Source of the DNA: an uncultured Collinsella sp.
GTDB taxonomy: Bacteria > Actinomycetota > Coriobacteriia > Coriobacteriales > Coriobacteriaceae
NCBI GenBank assembly: GCA_902464565.1
Contig: CABQJV010000006.1
Location: forward strand, 27,839 to 91,838
Length of the DNA stretch: 64,000 nt
Reading direction: 5' to 3'
Positions 10,003 to 19,452 of this stretch are shown in pieces. A program made the translations under genes and the position numbers. The notes below the pieces were generated by a model. The model was not told the origin of the DNA and did no database searches. It saw only the letters and a program-made list of their open reading frames with translations. Each line of letters opens with the position of its first letter. Within the stretch, counting starts at the first letter, position 1.

Positions 10003-10767
10003 TTAGTGGCAGCCGCAGCCCTCGTGGCCCTCGTGCTCGTGATGGCCGTGGCAGCTGCAGGACTTGCCATGTTCGTGGGCGTGGTCGTGGTCATGGCCGT
10101 GGCACCCGCACGTGGCCTCGCCGTTCTGTGCGAGCGTGCCGGCGATAAGGGCCTCGACGCAAGCGTCGCAGCTGCCCTGGGCGCCTGCGTATACCGTGAT
10201 GCCGGCTTGGGCAAGCGCGTTGATGGCGCCGCCGCCGATGCCGCCGCAGATGAGTGTGTCCACGCCGCCGTTGGCGAGCAGGCCCGCAAGGGCACCGTGG
10301 CCGGTGCCGCCGGTGCCCACGACCTGCTCGTTGAGTACCTTGCCGTCCTGAATGTCGTAGATCTTGAACTGCTCGCTGCGGCCAAAGTGCATAAAGATGT
10401 TGCCGTTGTCGTACGTGGTTGCCACCCTCATGGTGTCGACCTCCTTTGCTGGCCATACGGCCGTCGTTGTGGTGATGGGGGAGTACGCGATATTGCCGCC
10501 TTCGATGACGATTGCCCGTCCATTGACCAGCGCGTTTGCCACCTTGCGATGCGCTCGACTGCAAATTGCCGCCACCGTGGCGCGCGCGATGCCCATCTGC
10601 TGTGCGACTGCCTCTTGGTTAAGGCCTTCCAGGTCGCACAGGCGCAGCACCTCGAGTTCGTCGATCGTCATGTCGATGGCGTCTCCGCTGGCTAGGCCGT
10701 CAGGGGTAAAGCCGCGGTATTCGGGGATGATCCCGACGCGGCGCAGTTTCTCGCGTCTTCCTGCCAT
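10003..10767 (-). CDS. DUF134 HTH regulator fused to a NifB/NifX (FeMo-co biosynthesis-like) domain with a His/Cys-rich tail
   Basis: DELEVLRLCDLEGLNQEAVAQQMGIARAT, then MRVATTYDNG..HFGRSE..F..LICGGIG; tail CGCHGHDHDHAHEHGKSCSCHGHHEHEGHEGCGCH; AAGGAG RBS. Confidence 0.88.
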   Translation of the reverse strand: MAGRREKLRRVGIIPEYRGFTPDGLASGDAIDMTIDELEVLRLCDLEGLNQEAVAQQMGIARATVAAICSRAHRKVANALVNGRAIVIEGGNIAYSPITTTTAVWPAKEVDTMRVATTYDNGNIFMHFGRSEQFKIYDIQDGKVLNEQVVGTGGTGHGALAGLLANGGVDTLICGGIGGGAINALAQAGITVYAGAQGSCDACVEALIAGTLAQNGEATCGCHGHDHDHAHEHGKSCSCHGHHEHEGHEGCGCH

Positions 10768-10781
10768 GCGCACTCCTTATC

Positions 10782-10846
10782 TGACATATGTCAACAATAG
10801 GATAACGCGTGTGCGCTGCAGAGCAAGGCATTTTTGGCATATGTCA
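10782..10846. promoter_or_regulatory. Two palindromic operator-like sites TGRCATATGTCA
   Basis: TGACATATGTCA (perfect palindrome, 10782-10793) and TGGCATATGTCA (10835-10846) in the divergent DUF134/thyA intergenic region. Confidence 0.7.
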
Positions 10847-10933
10847 GAAAATGAGGGCTTATGTTAGGTCTGTGGGGCCGCGTGCGCCTGGGCTACAATG
10901 AATCTCGCTTGTAGGCGACTGACAGGAGGGTCA

Positions 10934-11782
10934 ATGAGCAAAGCTGATCAACAGTTTGTAACCATGTGCCGCGATATCTTGGACCATGGCACCACGACCG
11001 AGGGCCAAAAGGTCCGCCCGGTGTGGGAGGATGGCACCCCTGCCTATACCATTAAAAACTTTGGTGTCACGGCCCGCTACGACCTGCGTGAGGAGTTTCC
11101 GGCGCTTACCCTGCGTCGTACGGCCCTCAAATCTGCCATGGACGAGATCCTGTGGATCTATCAGAAGAAGTCCAATAACGTGCATGACCTCAACAGCCAT
11201 ATTTGGGATGAGTGGGCCGACGAGACCGGCTCCATCGGCAAAGCCTACGGCTACCAGATTGGGCAGAAGAGCCATTATGCCGAGGGTGACTTTGATCAGA
11301 TGGACCGCGTGCTGTACGACCTCAAGCACACGCCGTACAGCCGCCGCATCATGACCAACACATACGTGTTCAGTGATCTGTCCGAGATGCACCTGTATCC
11401 GTGCGCCTACAGCGTGACCTATAACGTCACGCAGCGTCCGCAGGACGACAAGCCGACGCTCAACATGATTCTCAACCAGCGCAGCCAGGATATTTTGGCC
11501 GCGAACAACTGGAATGTGTGCCAGTACGCCATTTTGCTGATGATGGTCGCGCGGTCTGTCGATATGATTCCCGGCGAGCTGCTGCACGTGATCGCCGATG
11601 CTCATATTTACGACCGTCATGTCGATATCATCCGCGAACTTATCGAGCGTCCGCAGTTTGCGGCTCCCAAGGTAACGCTCAACCCCGATGTGCATGATTT
11701 CTACGCGTTTACGACCGATGATCTGATCGTTGAGGGCTATGAGCACGGCCCGCAGGTCAAGAACATCCCCATTGCGGTGTAG
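10934..11782 (+). CDS. thyA: Thymidylate synthase
   Basis: IWDEWAD, GKAYG, SRRI, LYPCA catalytic Cys, QRSQD, DAHIYDRH; AGGAGG RBS. Confidence 0.96.
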   Translation: MSKADQQFVTMCRDILDHGTTTEGQKVRPVWEDGTPAYTIKNFGVTARYDLREEFPALTLRRTALKSAMDEILWIYQKKSNNVHDLNSHIWDEWADETGSIGKAYGYQIGQKSHYAEGDFDQMDRVLYDLKHTPYSRRIMTNTYVFSDLSEMHLYPCAYSVTYNVTQRPQDDKPTLNMILNQRSQDILAANNWNVCQYAILLMMVARSVDMIPGELLHVIADAHIYDRHVDIIRELIERPQFAAPKVTLNPDVHDFYAFTTDDLIVEGYEHGPQVKNIPIAV

Positions 11783-11791
11783 GTGACGCGT

Positions 11792-12310
11792 ATGACGTGT
11801 AAGCTTTCTGCCATTGTCGCCGTGTGCGATGACTGGGGTATTGGGTGCGAGGGCGACATGGTGGTGTCCAACCGTGCCGACATGCGTCATTTTGTGGCAT
11901 GCACCAAAGGTTGCCCGGTCATTATGGGGCGCAAGACGCTGTTGAGTTTTCCCGGCGGACGACCGCTCAAGAATCGCCGCAACATTGTGCTCACGCGCGA
12001 CCAAGGCTTTGCGCCCGAGGGCGTCGACGTGGTGCATAGCGTTGATGAATCGCTCGCCGTGGTAGCCGATGAACCCGTTGCGTGGGTGATTGGCGGCGGC
12101 GAGGTGTATCGGCAGTTTTTGCCGTATTGCGCCGAGGCCGAGGTTACGCATGACCATTGCGTGCATGACGTGGATACGTACTTTCCCGATCTGGATGCCG
12201 ATCCCGCGTGGGAGATTGCGCAGCGTAGCGGGGTTGCGACGATTGTCGCCGACGAGGGCGACGAGGGTGTCGATTATGAGTTCGTGACGTATCGTCGCGT
12301 TGATGCGTAA
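11792..12310 (+). CDS. folA: Dihydrofolate reductase
   Basis: DMRHF, VIMGRKT, PLKNRRNIVLTR, VIGGGEVY, DTYFP; follows thyA. Confidence 0.95.
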   Translation: MTCKLSAIVAVCDDWGIGCEGDMVVSNRADMRHFVACTKGCPVIMGRKTLLSFPGGRPLKNRRNIVLTRDQGFAPEGVDVVHSVDESLAVVADEPVAWVIGGGEVYRQFLPYCAEAEVTHDHCVHDVDTYFPDLDADPAWEIAQRSGVATIVADEGDEGVDYEFVTYRRVDA

Positions 12311-12419
12311 ACCCGATTATTCTTTCGGTATTATCGGGTTGGAATGAGTGGCGGGGCAGCGCATGGCGTTGCCCCGATATTTGTATAGGTGCTGTAAAGA
12401 AAGGTGCGGGCTGGCTGCT

Positions 12420-13334
12420 ATGACTGATGCCGTTGAGGTGCTGCGAATCGATTCGCTCGAGGACGAGCGGCTCGATGCTTACGTGCGACTGACCGAGCGT
12501 GAGCTTCGCTGCGTGCTGGAGCCGCAAAAGGGCATCTTTATCGCCGAGAGCGCCAAGGTTATCGAGCGCGCGGTGCGCGCCGGATACCAGCCGGTGAGCT
12601 TTCTTTTGGGCGAACGCTGGCTCGACCAGATGGTGCCGCTGTTTGAGCGCCTGGTTGTGCGCGAGGGCGCGGGTCCGATTCCTGTGTTCGTTGCTTCCAT
12701 GGAGCTCATGGAGCAGCTGACGGGCTTTAACGTGACGCGCGGTGCGCTCGCGGCGTTCCGTCGCCCGCGTGAGATTCCGGTTGATGAGTTCTTGGGTGGC
12801 GTCGTCGAGGCGGCGGGGGAGCGCCCGGTGCGCGTGTGCGTGCTTGAGGGCATTGTCGACCACACCAACGTCGGCGCGATTTTCCGCTCGGCGGCTGCGC
12901 TGAACGTCGATGGCATTTTGGTGAGCCCCACGTGCTGTGACCCGCTGTACCGTCGCTCGGCCCGCGTGAGCATGGGCACGGTGTTCCAGGTGCCCTGGAC
13001 ACGCATTGGCAGCGAGGCGCGCGTATGGCCGCATGATGGGCTGGCGGCGCTACACGATGCCGGCTTTTCGTGTGCCGCGATGGCGTTGACGGATGATTCG
13101 GTGTCGTTGGACGATCCCGCGCTGCAGGAGATTGACCGCCTGGCAATCTTTATGGGCACCGAGGGTGCTGGCTTAGGCGCCAAGACCATTGCTGGCTGCG
13201 ACCGAGCCGTGCGCATTCCGATGGCGCACGGGGTCGATTCGCTTAACGTGGCCGCGGCAAGTGCTGTTGCCTTTTGGCAGCTGTGCCCGCATGTGAGCAA
13301 CGAGTACCACTACCAGCCGGGTTTGTATCACTAA
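12420..13334 (+). CDS. TrmH/SpoU family RNA methyltransferase
   Basis: DHTNVGAIFRSAAA, GTEGAGL, IPMAHGVDSLNVAAA SPOUT motifs. Confidence 0.92.
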   Translation: MTDAVEVLRIDSLEDERLDAYVRLTERELRCVLEPQKGIFIAESAKVIERAVRAGYQPVSFLLGERWLDQMVPLFERLVVREGAGPIPVFVASMELMEQLTGFNVTRGALAAFRRPREIPVDEFLGGVVEAAGERPVRVCVLEGIVDHTNVGAIFRSAAALNVDGILVSPTCCDPLYRRSARVSMGTVFQVPWTRIGSEARVWPHDGLAALHDAGFSCAAMALTDDSVSLDDPALQEIDRLAIFMGTEGAGLGAKTIAGCDRAVRIPMAHGVDSLNVAAASAVAFWQLCPHVSNEYHYQPGLYH

Positions 13335-13459
13335 ACAGATATTTCGCACCGGGCTGTGGTTCGGGGCGTTTCGGCCGACGCTGGTCGGTGCTAAGCTGGT
13401 GTCGGCTTTGGTCTTAAATTGCCGTTTTGTTGTATGACGTACGCTAGTGGGGAGGGCGT

Positions 13460-14809
13460 GTGGCTAAGAAATCTACGGCTATCGATGCAACGCAGGGTGT
13501 CATTTGGCAGCAGCTGCTGTCGCTGTGCGTTCCCATCTTCTTTAGTTCGTTCTTTCAGCAGGCATACACGCTTATCGGTACCTATATCGTCGGTCAGTTT
13601 GGCGGCAAGCTCGCGCTGGGTGGCATTCAGGCCACGATGGTGCTCACCGAGCTCTGCATTGGCTTTTGCGTTGGCGTCGGTGCCGGCTGCGCGGTCATTA
13701 CGGGCCAGTTTTTTGGCCAGCACGATGACGAGCGCCTGAGCCGATCGGTCCATACGGCCATGACGCTCGCGCTGGTGGGCGGAATCGTTTTCTCGATTCT
13801 TGGCATAGTGTTCGTTGAGCCCATGCTGGTGCTTATGAATACGCCGCATGAACTATTGGCCGAGGGCGTGGCCTATGCCCGTTGCTATTTTGCCGCCATG
13901 GTTGCGGCGCTGCTGCTCAATATGGGAACGGCATTGCTGCGCGCCGTGGGCGACACGCGCGGGCCCGCTGTGATCATCGCTTCCGGCTGCCTTGTTAATG
14001 CGGTGCTGGATGTCATCTTCGTTGCCGTACTTCATATGGAGGCTCTGGGCTGCGGCATCGCGGTGGCGCTGACCATTTGCTCCAACGCCACGATGATCGT
14101 GATTCGTATGATGCACGCACCGGGTGCGTGGCGGCTTTCACTGTCCAAACTCGGCATTGATCCTGGTATTTGTAAGAGCATGATCTCGTGTGGTCTGCCG
14201 CTTGGCTTTCAGTCTGCTGCGTATTCGATTTCCAACGTTTTGATTCAGGTGTCGGTCAACTCGTTTGGTGCCGATGTCACCACGGCTTGGGGTCTTTCGG
14301 GCCGCCTGGATGGCATTGTCTGGATGGTTACCGAGGCGCTTGGCGTGTCGATCACCACGTTCTCGGCACAGAACTTTGGCGCACGCAACTACGAGCGCAT
14401 GCGCAAGGGCTACCATACGTCGCTCGTGCTGTCGTTTATGCTCATTGGTGGCCTGTCTGCCGTGCTGCTGGTATTCTCGGGTCCGCTGTCTCGTCTGTTT
14501 GTCGACGATGCTTTGATTTCGGCGTACACCACGACCATCCTCCATTTCATTGCGCCGTTCTATGCGATTTTCTCGATTATCGAGAACGCCTCGGGTTCCA
14601 TCCGCGGCGCCGGCGTGAGCTTGCAGCCCATGCTGCTCACGATTTTTGGCACCGTCGTGCTCAGGGTGATCTGGGTGTTTGCGATTATGCCGTTCGATCC
14701 GTCGCTTGAGCACCTGCTGCTGGTCTACCCCGTAACCTGGGTAATCACCGCCATGATGTTCACCGTCTACCATCACAGCGGCAACTGGCTCGGCCGCGCC
14801 ACTGCCTAG
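13460..14809 (+). CDS. MATE family efflux transporter
   Basis: Many TM helices; LRAVGDTRGP, AQNFGARNYER, IRGAG repeat motifs. Confidence 0.93.
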   Translation: MAKKSTAIDATQGVIWQQLLSLCVPIFFSSFFQQAYTLIGTYIVGQFGGKLALGGIQATMVLTELCIGFCVGVGAGCAVITGQFFGQHDDERLSRSVHTAMTLALVGGIVFSILGIVFVEPMLVLMNTPHELLAEGVAYARCYFAAMVAALLLNMGTALLRAVGDTRGPAVIIASGCLVNAVLDVIFVAVLHMEALGCGIAVALTICSNATMIVIRMMHAPGAWRLSLSKLGIDPGICKSMISCGLPLGFQSAAYSISNVLIQVSVNSFGADVTTAWGLSGRLDGIVWMVTEALGVSITTFSAQNFGARNYERMRKGYHTSLVLSFMLIGGLSAVLLVFSGPLSRLFVDDALISAYTTTILHFIAPFYAIFSIIENASGSIRGAGVSLQPMLLTIFGTVVLRVIWVFAIMPFDPSLEHLLLVYPVTWVITAMMFTVYHHSGNWLGRATA

Positions 14810-14835
14810 TCATTGGGGACGTCCCCAATGACTAG
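14806..14835. repeat. Perfect loopless 30-bp palindrome joining two convergent stop codons
   Basis: CTAGTCATTGGGGACGTCCCCAATGACTAG is its own reverse complement. Confidence 0.85.
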
Positions 14836-15317
14836 TATTCGATGCCTTGGCGGGCTAGGAGGCCTTCGTCGAAGTAGTGTTTGACGGGGCGCATTTCGGT
14901 TACTAGGTCGGCAAGGTCGGCTAGGGGCAGCAAGCCACGGCCGGTGAGCACGAGCTCCGTGGTGGTTGGTTTCATCGCGATCAACGCTTCGACATCTTCG
15001 CGCGTCACAAAGCCCCGTCGCATGGCTTCTCCCAGCTCATCCAAGATCAGCACGTCGACCTGGCTAATCTGCTCGCGCGCCAGCTCCATGATCTGCGCGG
15101 CGCAGGCTTCGGGCGTGTCGCGGTCGGCTTGTACGATGCGTAGCCCCAATCGAGGTGCTGCGTCATGTTCGGCGCAGTGCAGCTTCTTGGCAAACTGAAG
15201 CATGAGCACGTTAAGTCCATAGCCCGTGGCGCGCAGCGCGAGCCCCAGCGCAGCCGTCGTCTTGCCCTTGCCGTCGCCCGTATAGATTTGAACCTTGCCG
15301 ACTTCCAGTGATGCCAT
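14832..15317 (-). CDS. cobO: Cob(I)yrinic acid a,c-diamide adenosyltransferase (CobO/BtuR type)
   Basis: YTGDGKGKTTAALGLALRA, ILDE, ELVLTGR, ADLVTEM, KHYF, ARQGIEY. Confidence 0.95.
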   Translation of the reverse strand: MASLEVGKVQIYTGDGKGKTTAALGLALRATGYGLNVLMLQFAKKLHCAEHDAAPRLGLRIVQADRDTPEACAAQIMELAREQISQVDVLILDELGEAMRRGFVTREDVEALIAMKPTTTELVLTGRGLLPLADLADLVTEMRPVKHYFDEGLLARQGIEY

Positions 15318-15394
15318 CTCTGTCCTTTCGTGCCCGGCGTCGGTTTATCGCCGTCCGGGTTGGGTATTCTAGAAAACATTATCAACCCCAGTAG

Positions 15395-17302
15395 ATGGAG
15401 TTCAAGCAGATGGAGATGGATGACAACAAACGTAGACGGAATATGATCCTCTACGTGCTCATCGCCTTCGTCGTCTACCTCGTGCTCTCGACCGTTCTGT
15501 TCCCCAACATCGGTCACACGCAGCAGATTACGAAGACCGATTACTCGACGTTTGTCAAAGCGCTCGATAAGAAGAGTGTCGACAAGGTCGAGTACAACAC
15601 GGACGATTACACGATTTATTACACCAAGAAGGGCGAGGACGAGAACATCGCCTATAAGACGACCGGTGTGCCGAACGATGCGGGCTTTACCGATCGCGTG
15701 CTTGAGTCTGGCGCTTCGCTGGAGTCGGTCGTTCCCGATAAAAACTCGGGTTTGATGACCTACTACCTGCTTACGCTCATCCTTCCCATGGCGATTTTCT
15801 TCCTGATCGGCTGGTGGCTCAACCGCCGCATGAAGAAGGCCATGGGTGATGACGGTCCTTCGATGAACTTTGGCGGCGGTGGCTTTGGCGGCGGTGGACT
15901 GGGCAAGTCCGGCGCGCGCGTGATCGCCTCCAAGGACGTGGGCGTGACCTTTAAGGATGTCGCCGGCCAGGAAGAGGCCAAGGAGTCCCTCAAGGAGGTC
16001 GTCGACTTTCTGGAGAAGCCCCAGCGCTACGAGGAGATTGGCGCCAAGCTGCCGCGCGGTGCTCTCCTTGTTGGCCCTCCGGGTACCGGTAAGACCCTGC
16101 TAGCCAAGGCTGTTGCCGGCGAGGCTGGTGTTCCGTTCTTTAGCATTTCGGGCTCTGAGTTCGTTGAGATGTTTGTTGGTCGCGGCGCTGCAAAGGTTCG
16201 TGACCTGTTTAAGCAGGCCAAGGAAAAGGCCCCGTGCATTGTGTTTATCGACGAGATCGATACCATCGGCAAAAAGCGTGACGGCGGCGGCTTTAGCGGC
16301 AACGACGAGCGCGAGCAGACGCTCAACCAGCTGCTGACCGAGATGGACGGCTTCGATAACCACAAGGGTATTGTCGTTCTCGCTGCTACCAACCGCCCTG
16401 ACAGCCTTGACCCGGCCCTGTTGCGCCCCGGTCGTTTTGACCGCCGTATCCCCGTTGAGCTGCCCGACCTGACTGGCCGCAAGAACATTCTTGAGCTGCA
16501 TGCCAAGAGCGTGAAGACGCAGCCGCCGATCGACCTGACCGCGATTGCCCGCGCCACGCCCGGTGCCTCGGGCGCCGACCTGGCCAATATCATCAACGAG
16601 GGCGCCCTGCGTGCCGTCCGTGAGGGCCGCAAGCGCGCTACGCAGGACGATTTTGAGGAGTCGGTGGAGGTCGTCATCGCCGGCCAGCAGCGTAAGTCCA
16701 CGGTACTGTCCGACCACGAGAAGCAGGTTGTTTCTTACCACGAGATCGGCCATGCCATCGTTGCCGCCCGCCAGAAGGGCTCTGCACCGGTCACGAAGAT
16801 CACCATCGTGCCGCGCACGAGCGGTGCTCTGGGCTACACCATGCAGGTCGAGGAGGACGAGCGCTTCCTGACCACGCGCCAGGAGGTCCTGGACAAGCTC
16901 GCCGTCTATTGCGGTGGCCGTGCAGCCGAGGAGCTCATCTTTGGTGAGATGACGACCGGCGCCGCCAACGATATCGAGCAGGCCACCAAGCTCGCCCGTA
17001 ACATGGTGACGCGTTTTGGTATGTCCGATGAGTTTGGCATGATGGCGCTCGGTACCGTTCAGAATGCGTACCTCAACCAGGACACGTCGCTCACCTGCGC
17101 CCCCGGTACGGCTGAGCGCGTGGACGCGATTGTCGCCAAGCTGATCGAGGATGCGCACGACCGCGCCCTGCAGATCCTGAAGGAGAACAAGTTTAAGCTT
17201 CACGAGTTGGCTCGTTATCTGTACAAGAAGGAGACGATCACGGGCGAGGAGTTTATGAATCTCCTCACGCGCGAGAATCCGCTGATGCCTAAGCAGCAGT
17301 AA
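15395..17302 (+). CDS. ftsH: ATP-dependent zinc metalloprotease FtsH (start may be 15410)
   Basis: Two N-terminal TMs, [28 protein letters not shown]. Confidence 0.96.
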   Translation: MEFKQMEMDDNKRRRNMILYVLIAFVVYLVLSTVLFPNIGHTQQITKTDYSTFVKALDKKSVDKVEYNTDDYTIYYTKKGEDENIAYKTTGVPNDAGFTDRVLESGASLESVVPDKNSGLMTYYLLTLILPMAIFFLIGWWLNRRMKKAMGDDGPSMNFGGGGFGGGGLGKSGARVIASKDVGVTFKDVAGQEEAKESLKEVVDFLEKPQRYEEIGAKLPRGALLVGPPGTGKTLLAKAVAGEAGVPFFSISGSEFVEMFVGRGAAKVRDLFKQAKEKAPCIVFIDEIDTIGKKRDGGGFSGNDEREQTLNQLLTEMDGFDNHKGIVVLAATNRPDSLDPALLRPGRFDRRIPVELPDLTGRKNILELHAKSVKTQPPIDLTAIARATPGASGADLANIINEGALRAVREGRKRATQDDFEESVEVVIAGQQRKSTVLSDHEKQVVSYHEIGHAIVAARQKGSAPVTKITIVPRTSGALGYTMQVEEDERFLTTRQEVLDKLAVYCGGRAAEELIFGEMTTGAANDIEQATKLARNMVTRFGMSDEFGMMALGTVQNAYLNQDTSLTCAPGTAERVDAIVAKLIEDAHDRALQILKENKFKLHELARYLYKKETITGEEFMNLLTRENPLMPKQQ

Positions 17303-17320
17303 TACTAGTTGTGCAGTGTC

Positions 17321-17359
17321 AATCGCCCCATTTGAGTGTCAAACTCAAATGGGGCGATT
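17321..17359. repeat. Perfect 17-bp stem-loop without a U-tract between ftsH and DUF523
   Basis: AATCGCCCCATTTGAGT-gtcaa-ACTCAAATGGGGCGATT. Confidence 0.7.
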
Positions 17360-17378
17360 TGCGTGGGGAGAGTTGTAT

Positions 17379-17834
17379 ATGAAGATCGTGGTGAGCGCCT
17401 GCTTGATGGGCGAGAGCTGCAAGTATAACGGGCTCGATAACTACCATCGCGAGCTGGTCGAAGCGTGCGAACGCACAGGGACCGAGGTGCTCCTCGTATG
17501 CCCCGAGGTTTTTGGCGGTCTTCCGACGCCGCGCAAGCCGTCAGAGATTGTGAACGGCGAGGTTCGTACTTGCGAGGGCATCTCGGTCGATCGCGAATTT
17601 CGCCTGGGTGCCCAACGTGCGCTCGATATGTGTGAGCAGGCGGGCGGGCCGGAAGAGATAGCCGCGTGCATCCTGCAGGACCGCAGCCCCTCGTGCGGCG
17701 CGGGTCGCATCTACGACGGAACATTCAGCGGCACCCTTACGGCGGGCAACGGCGTCTTCGTTGATTTACTGCTCCGCCACGGTTATCGCGTGATCCCGGC
17801 TAGCGAGTTCGACCCCAGCATGCTGGAGCAATAA
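17379..17834 (+). CDS. DUF523 / 2-thiouracil desulfurase (TudS-like) family protein
   Basis: VSACLMG..CKYNG, VCPEV.GGLPTPR, SPSCG motifs. Confidence 0.9.
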   Translation: MKIVVSACLMGESCKYNGLDNYHRELVEACERTGTEVLLVCPEVFGGLPTPRKPSEIVNGEVRTCEGISVDREFRLGAQRALDMCEQAGGPEEIAACILQDRSPSCGAGRIYDGTFSGTLTAGNGVFVDLLLRHGYRVIPASEFDPSMLEQ

Positions 17835-17875
17835 AAAACCACCACAAAGGTGCTGCTCCCTTGTGGTGGTTTTGG
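17834..17875. repeat. REP-like palindrome, family A copy 1 (probably a bidirectional terminator)
   Basis: AAAACCACCACAAAGG-tgctgct-CCCTTGTGGTGGTTTT; first 20 nt identical to the reverse complement of the element at 25624-25667. Confidence 0.8.
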
Positions 17876-17882
17876 GCTAGGC

Positions 17883-18965
17883 CTAGAGCGTGTGGCCGTA
17901 GGCGTTGGCGGCTTTGATGGCGGCGGCGAATTTCTCGTCGGTGAAGGGCTCCGGGTTGCCTTGCTTCCACTCGTTGGTGGCGTGCGCGTACTCGCACAGG
18001 GCAGGGATATCAGTCTCGGTAAGCCCGACCTGCTCAAGCGTTACGGGTAGCCCCATCTGCTTGTTGAAGGCAGCATAGCGCTTAAGGTTCTCGGTGTCGC
18101 CCGTGTAGGCGAACAACACCAGCACGCCCAGGCTTACGACTTCGCCGTGCAGGTAGGTGCCCTCACGCGGAATGCTGCAGGTGGCGTTGTAGAACGCGTG
18201 CGCCACGCTCGAGTTGTAGTAGTAATCGTTCTGGTTGGTCAGGTTCGAGACATAGCCCGTGTTGACCACGATGTCGAGCGCGATCTGCTTGACGGCCTCG
18301 CTCGACAGATTCTGACGAACGTCCTCAAGACCCTGAACACCGTAGGTAAACAGCGGCTCGGAACAGGTGTGGGCAAGAGCCAGGCCAAGGCCGGCGGTGT
18401 GCTCCAGGTCGCCGGCGCTCGTGGCGTACTCGACCTCGGGCTGCTTGGACAGGGCGTCGCCCACGCCGGCCCAGAAGTACTCTGCCGGAGCCTCGGCGAT
18501 GATCTTGGGATTAATGAAGATGTGCGCCGGTCGGTTGGGGTACGAATAGCCCTCGAGCGATCCATCGTCGTTGTAGACGACGGCAATGGCGGTCGCGGCG
18601 GAGCAGTTGGAACAGATCGTCGGGACGGTGAAGACGATTTTCTTGAGCTCGATGGCCGCCGTCTTGACGGTATCGAGTGCCTTGCCGCCGCCGCAGGCAA
18701 TGAGCACGTCGGCTTCCTGGCAGGCGGGGGAGTTTACGACCTTGGCGATATTGGCGCGCGTACTGTTGGTACCGTAGACGCGCGTTTCCAGAATCTCGAC
18801 GTTGGTACCTGCCAGTGCAGCTTCGATGTCGGGAAGTGCTGCGGCCAGTGCCCGCTTGCCACCGATGATCGCGACCTTGGTCGCTCCGTACTCGGCCAGC
18901 GCGCCGGGTAGCTCGTCAAAGCAGTCTTCGCCGACGGTATAGTCGCTCATTCCAATTGTGCGCAT
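17883..18965 (-). CDS. Glycerol dehydrogenase-like metal-dependent alcohol dehydrogenase
   Basis: GGGKALDTVK, PTICSNCS, AGVGDAL, VAHA, LHGEVV. Confidence 0.88.
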   Translation of the reverse strand: MRTIGMSDYTVGEDCFDELPGALAEYGATKVAIIGGKRALAAALPDIEAALAGTNVEILETRVYGTNSTRANIAKVVNSPACQEADVLIACGGGKALDTVKTAAIELKKIVFTVPTICSNCSAATAIAVVYNDDGSLEGYSYPNRPAHIFINPKIIAEAPAEYFWAGVGDALSKQPEVEYATSAGDLEHTAGLGLALAHTCSEPLFTYGVQGLEDVRQNLSSEAVKQIALDIVVNTGYVSNLTNQNDYYYNSSVAHAFYNATCSIPREGTYLHGEVVSLGVLVLFAYTGDTENLKRYAAFNKQMGLPVTLEQVGLTETDIPALCEYAHATNEWKQGNPEPFTDEKFAAAIKAANAYGHTL

Positions 18966-19106
18966 AGGTACCTTCTTTCGTGAGATAGAGTGCTTTCAGG
19001 TATTTTGCCCCTAGAGAATGCTCGCGACCACGATTAATTTCCAAAATATGAAACCAATATTGAGGGTTTTTCGCCGGCGCGGAACGTGCTAGCATACTCC
19101 GCAATA

Positions 19107-19409
19107 GCGTTGATGGGGACGAGTAGTCGGCCGTCCGCATGCCACAGAGAGCGGGGAGCGCTGAGAACCCGTGCATGCGACCGATGAAAATCACCCCGGA
19201 GCTGCGGTCCCAACGGATATGCCGCACAGGCACGTCTTAGTAGATATCGCCGAGATGGTCGTCGATACAGGCCAGCCGAGTAACGGATGCGAGCGCGCGA
19301 ATTCGCGGGCGAGGGCATCTAAGCTGGGTGGTTAAGCGAAGAGCTTTTGCGGGCGTACGGCCCGTTTTTGTGGCGCTTCGTCCCAGCTTGCAGGGACGGG
19401 CGCCTTTTT
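19107..19409 (+). ncRNA. T-box riboswitch (Ile, AUC specifier) with transcription terminator
   Basis: Stem I with GA motif, AGTA, AGAGA and GCTGAGA loops; specifier GAAAATCAC (ATC 19190-19192); antiterminator AAGCTGGG-TGGTTAA-GCGAAG...CTTCGT-CCCAGCTT; terminator 19372-19409; upstream of ileS. Confidence 0.93.
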
Positions 19410-19452
19410 GGTGCCCAACGGGCGTGCGCGCCCACGACATGAAAGGGGTACC

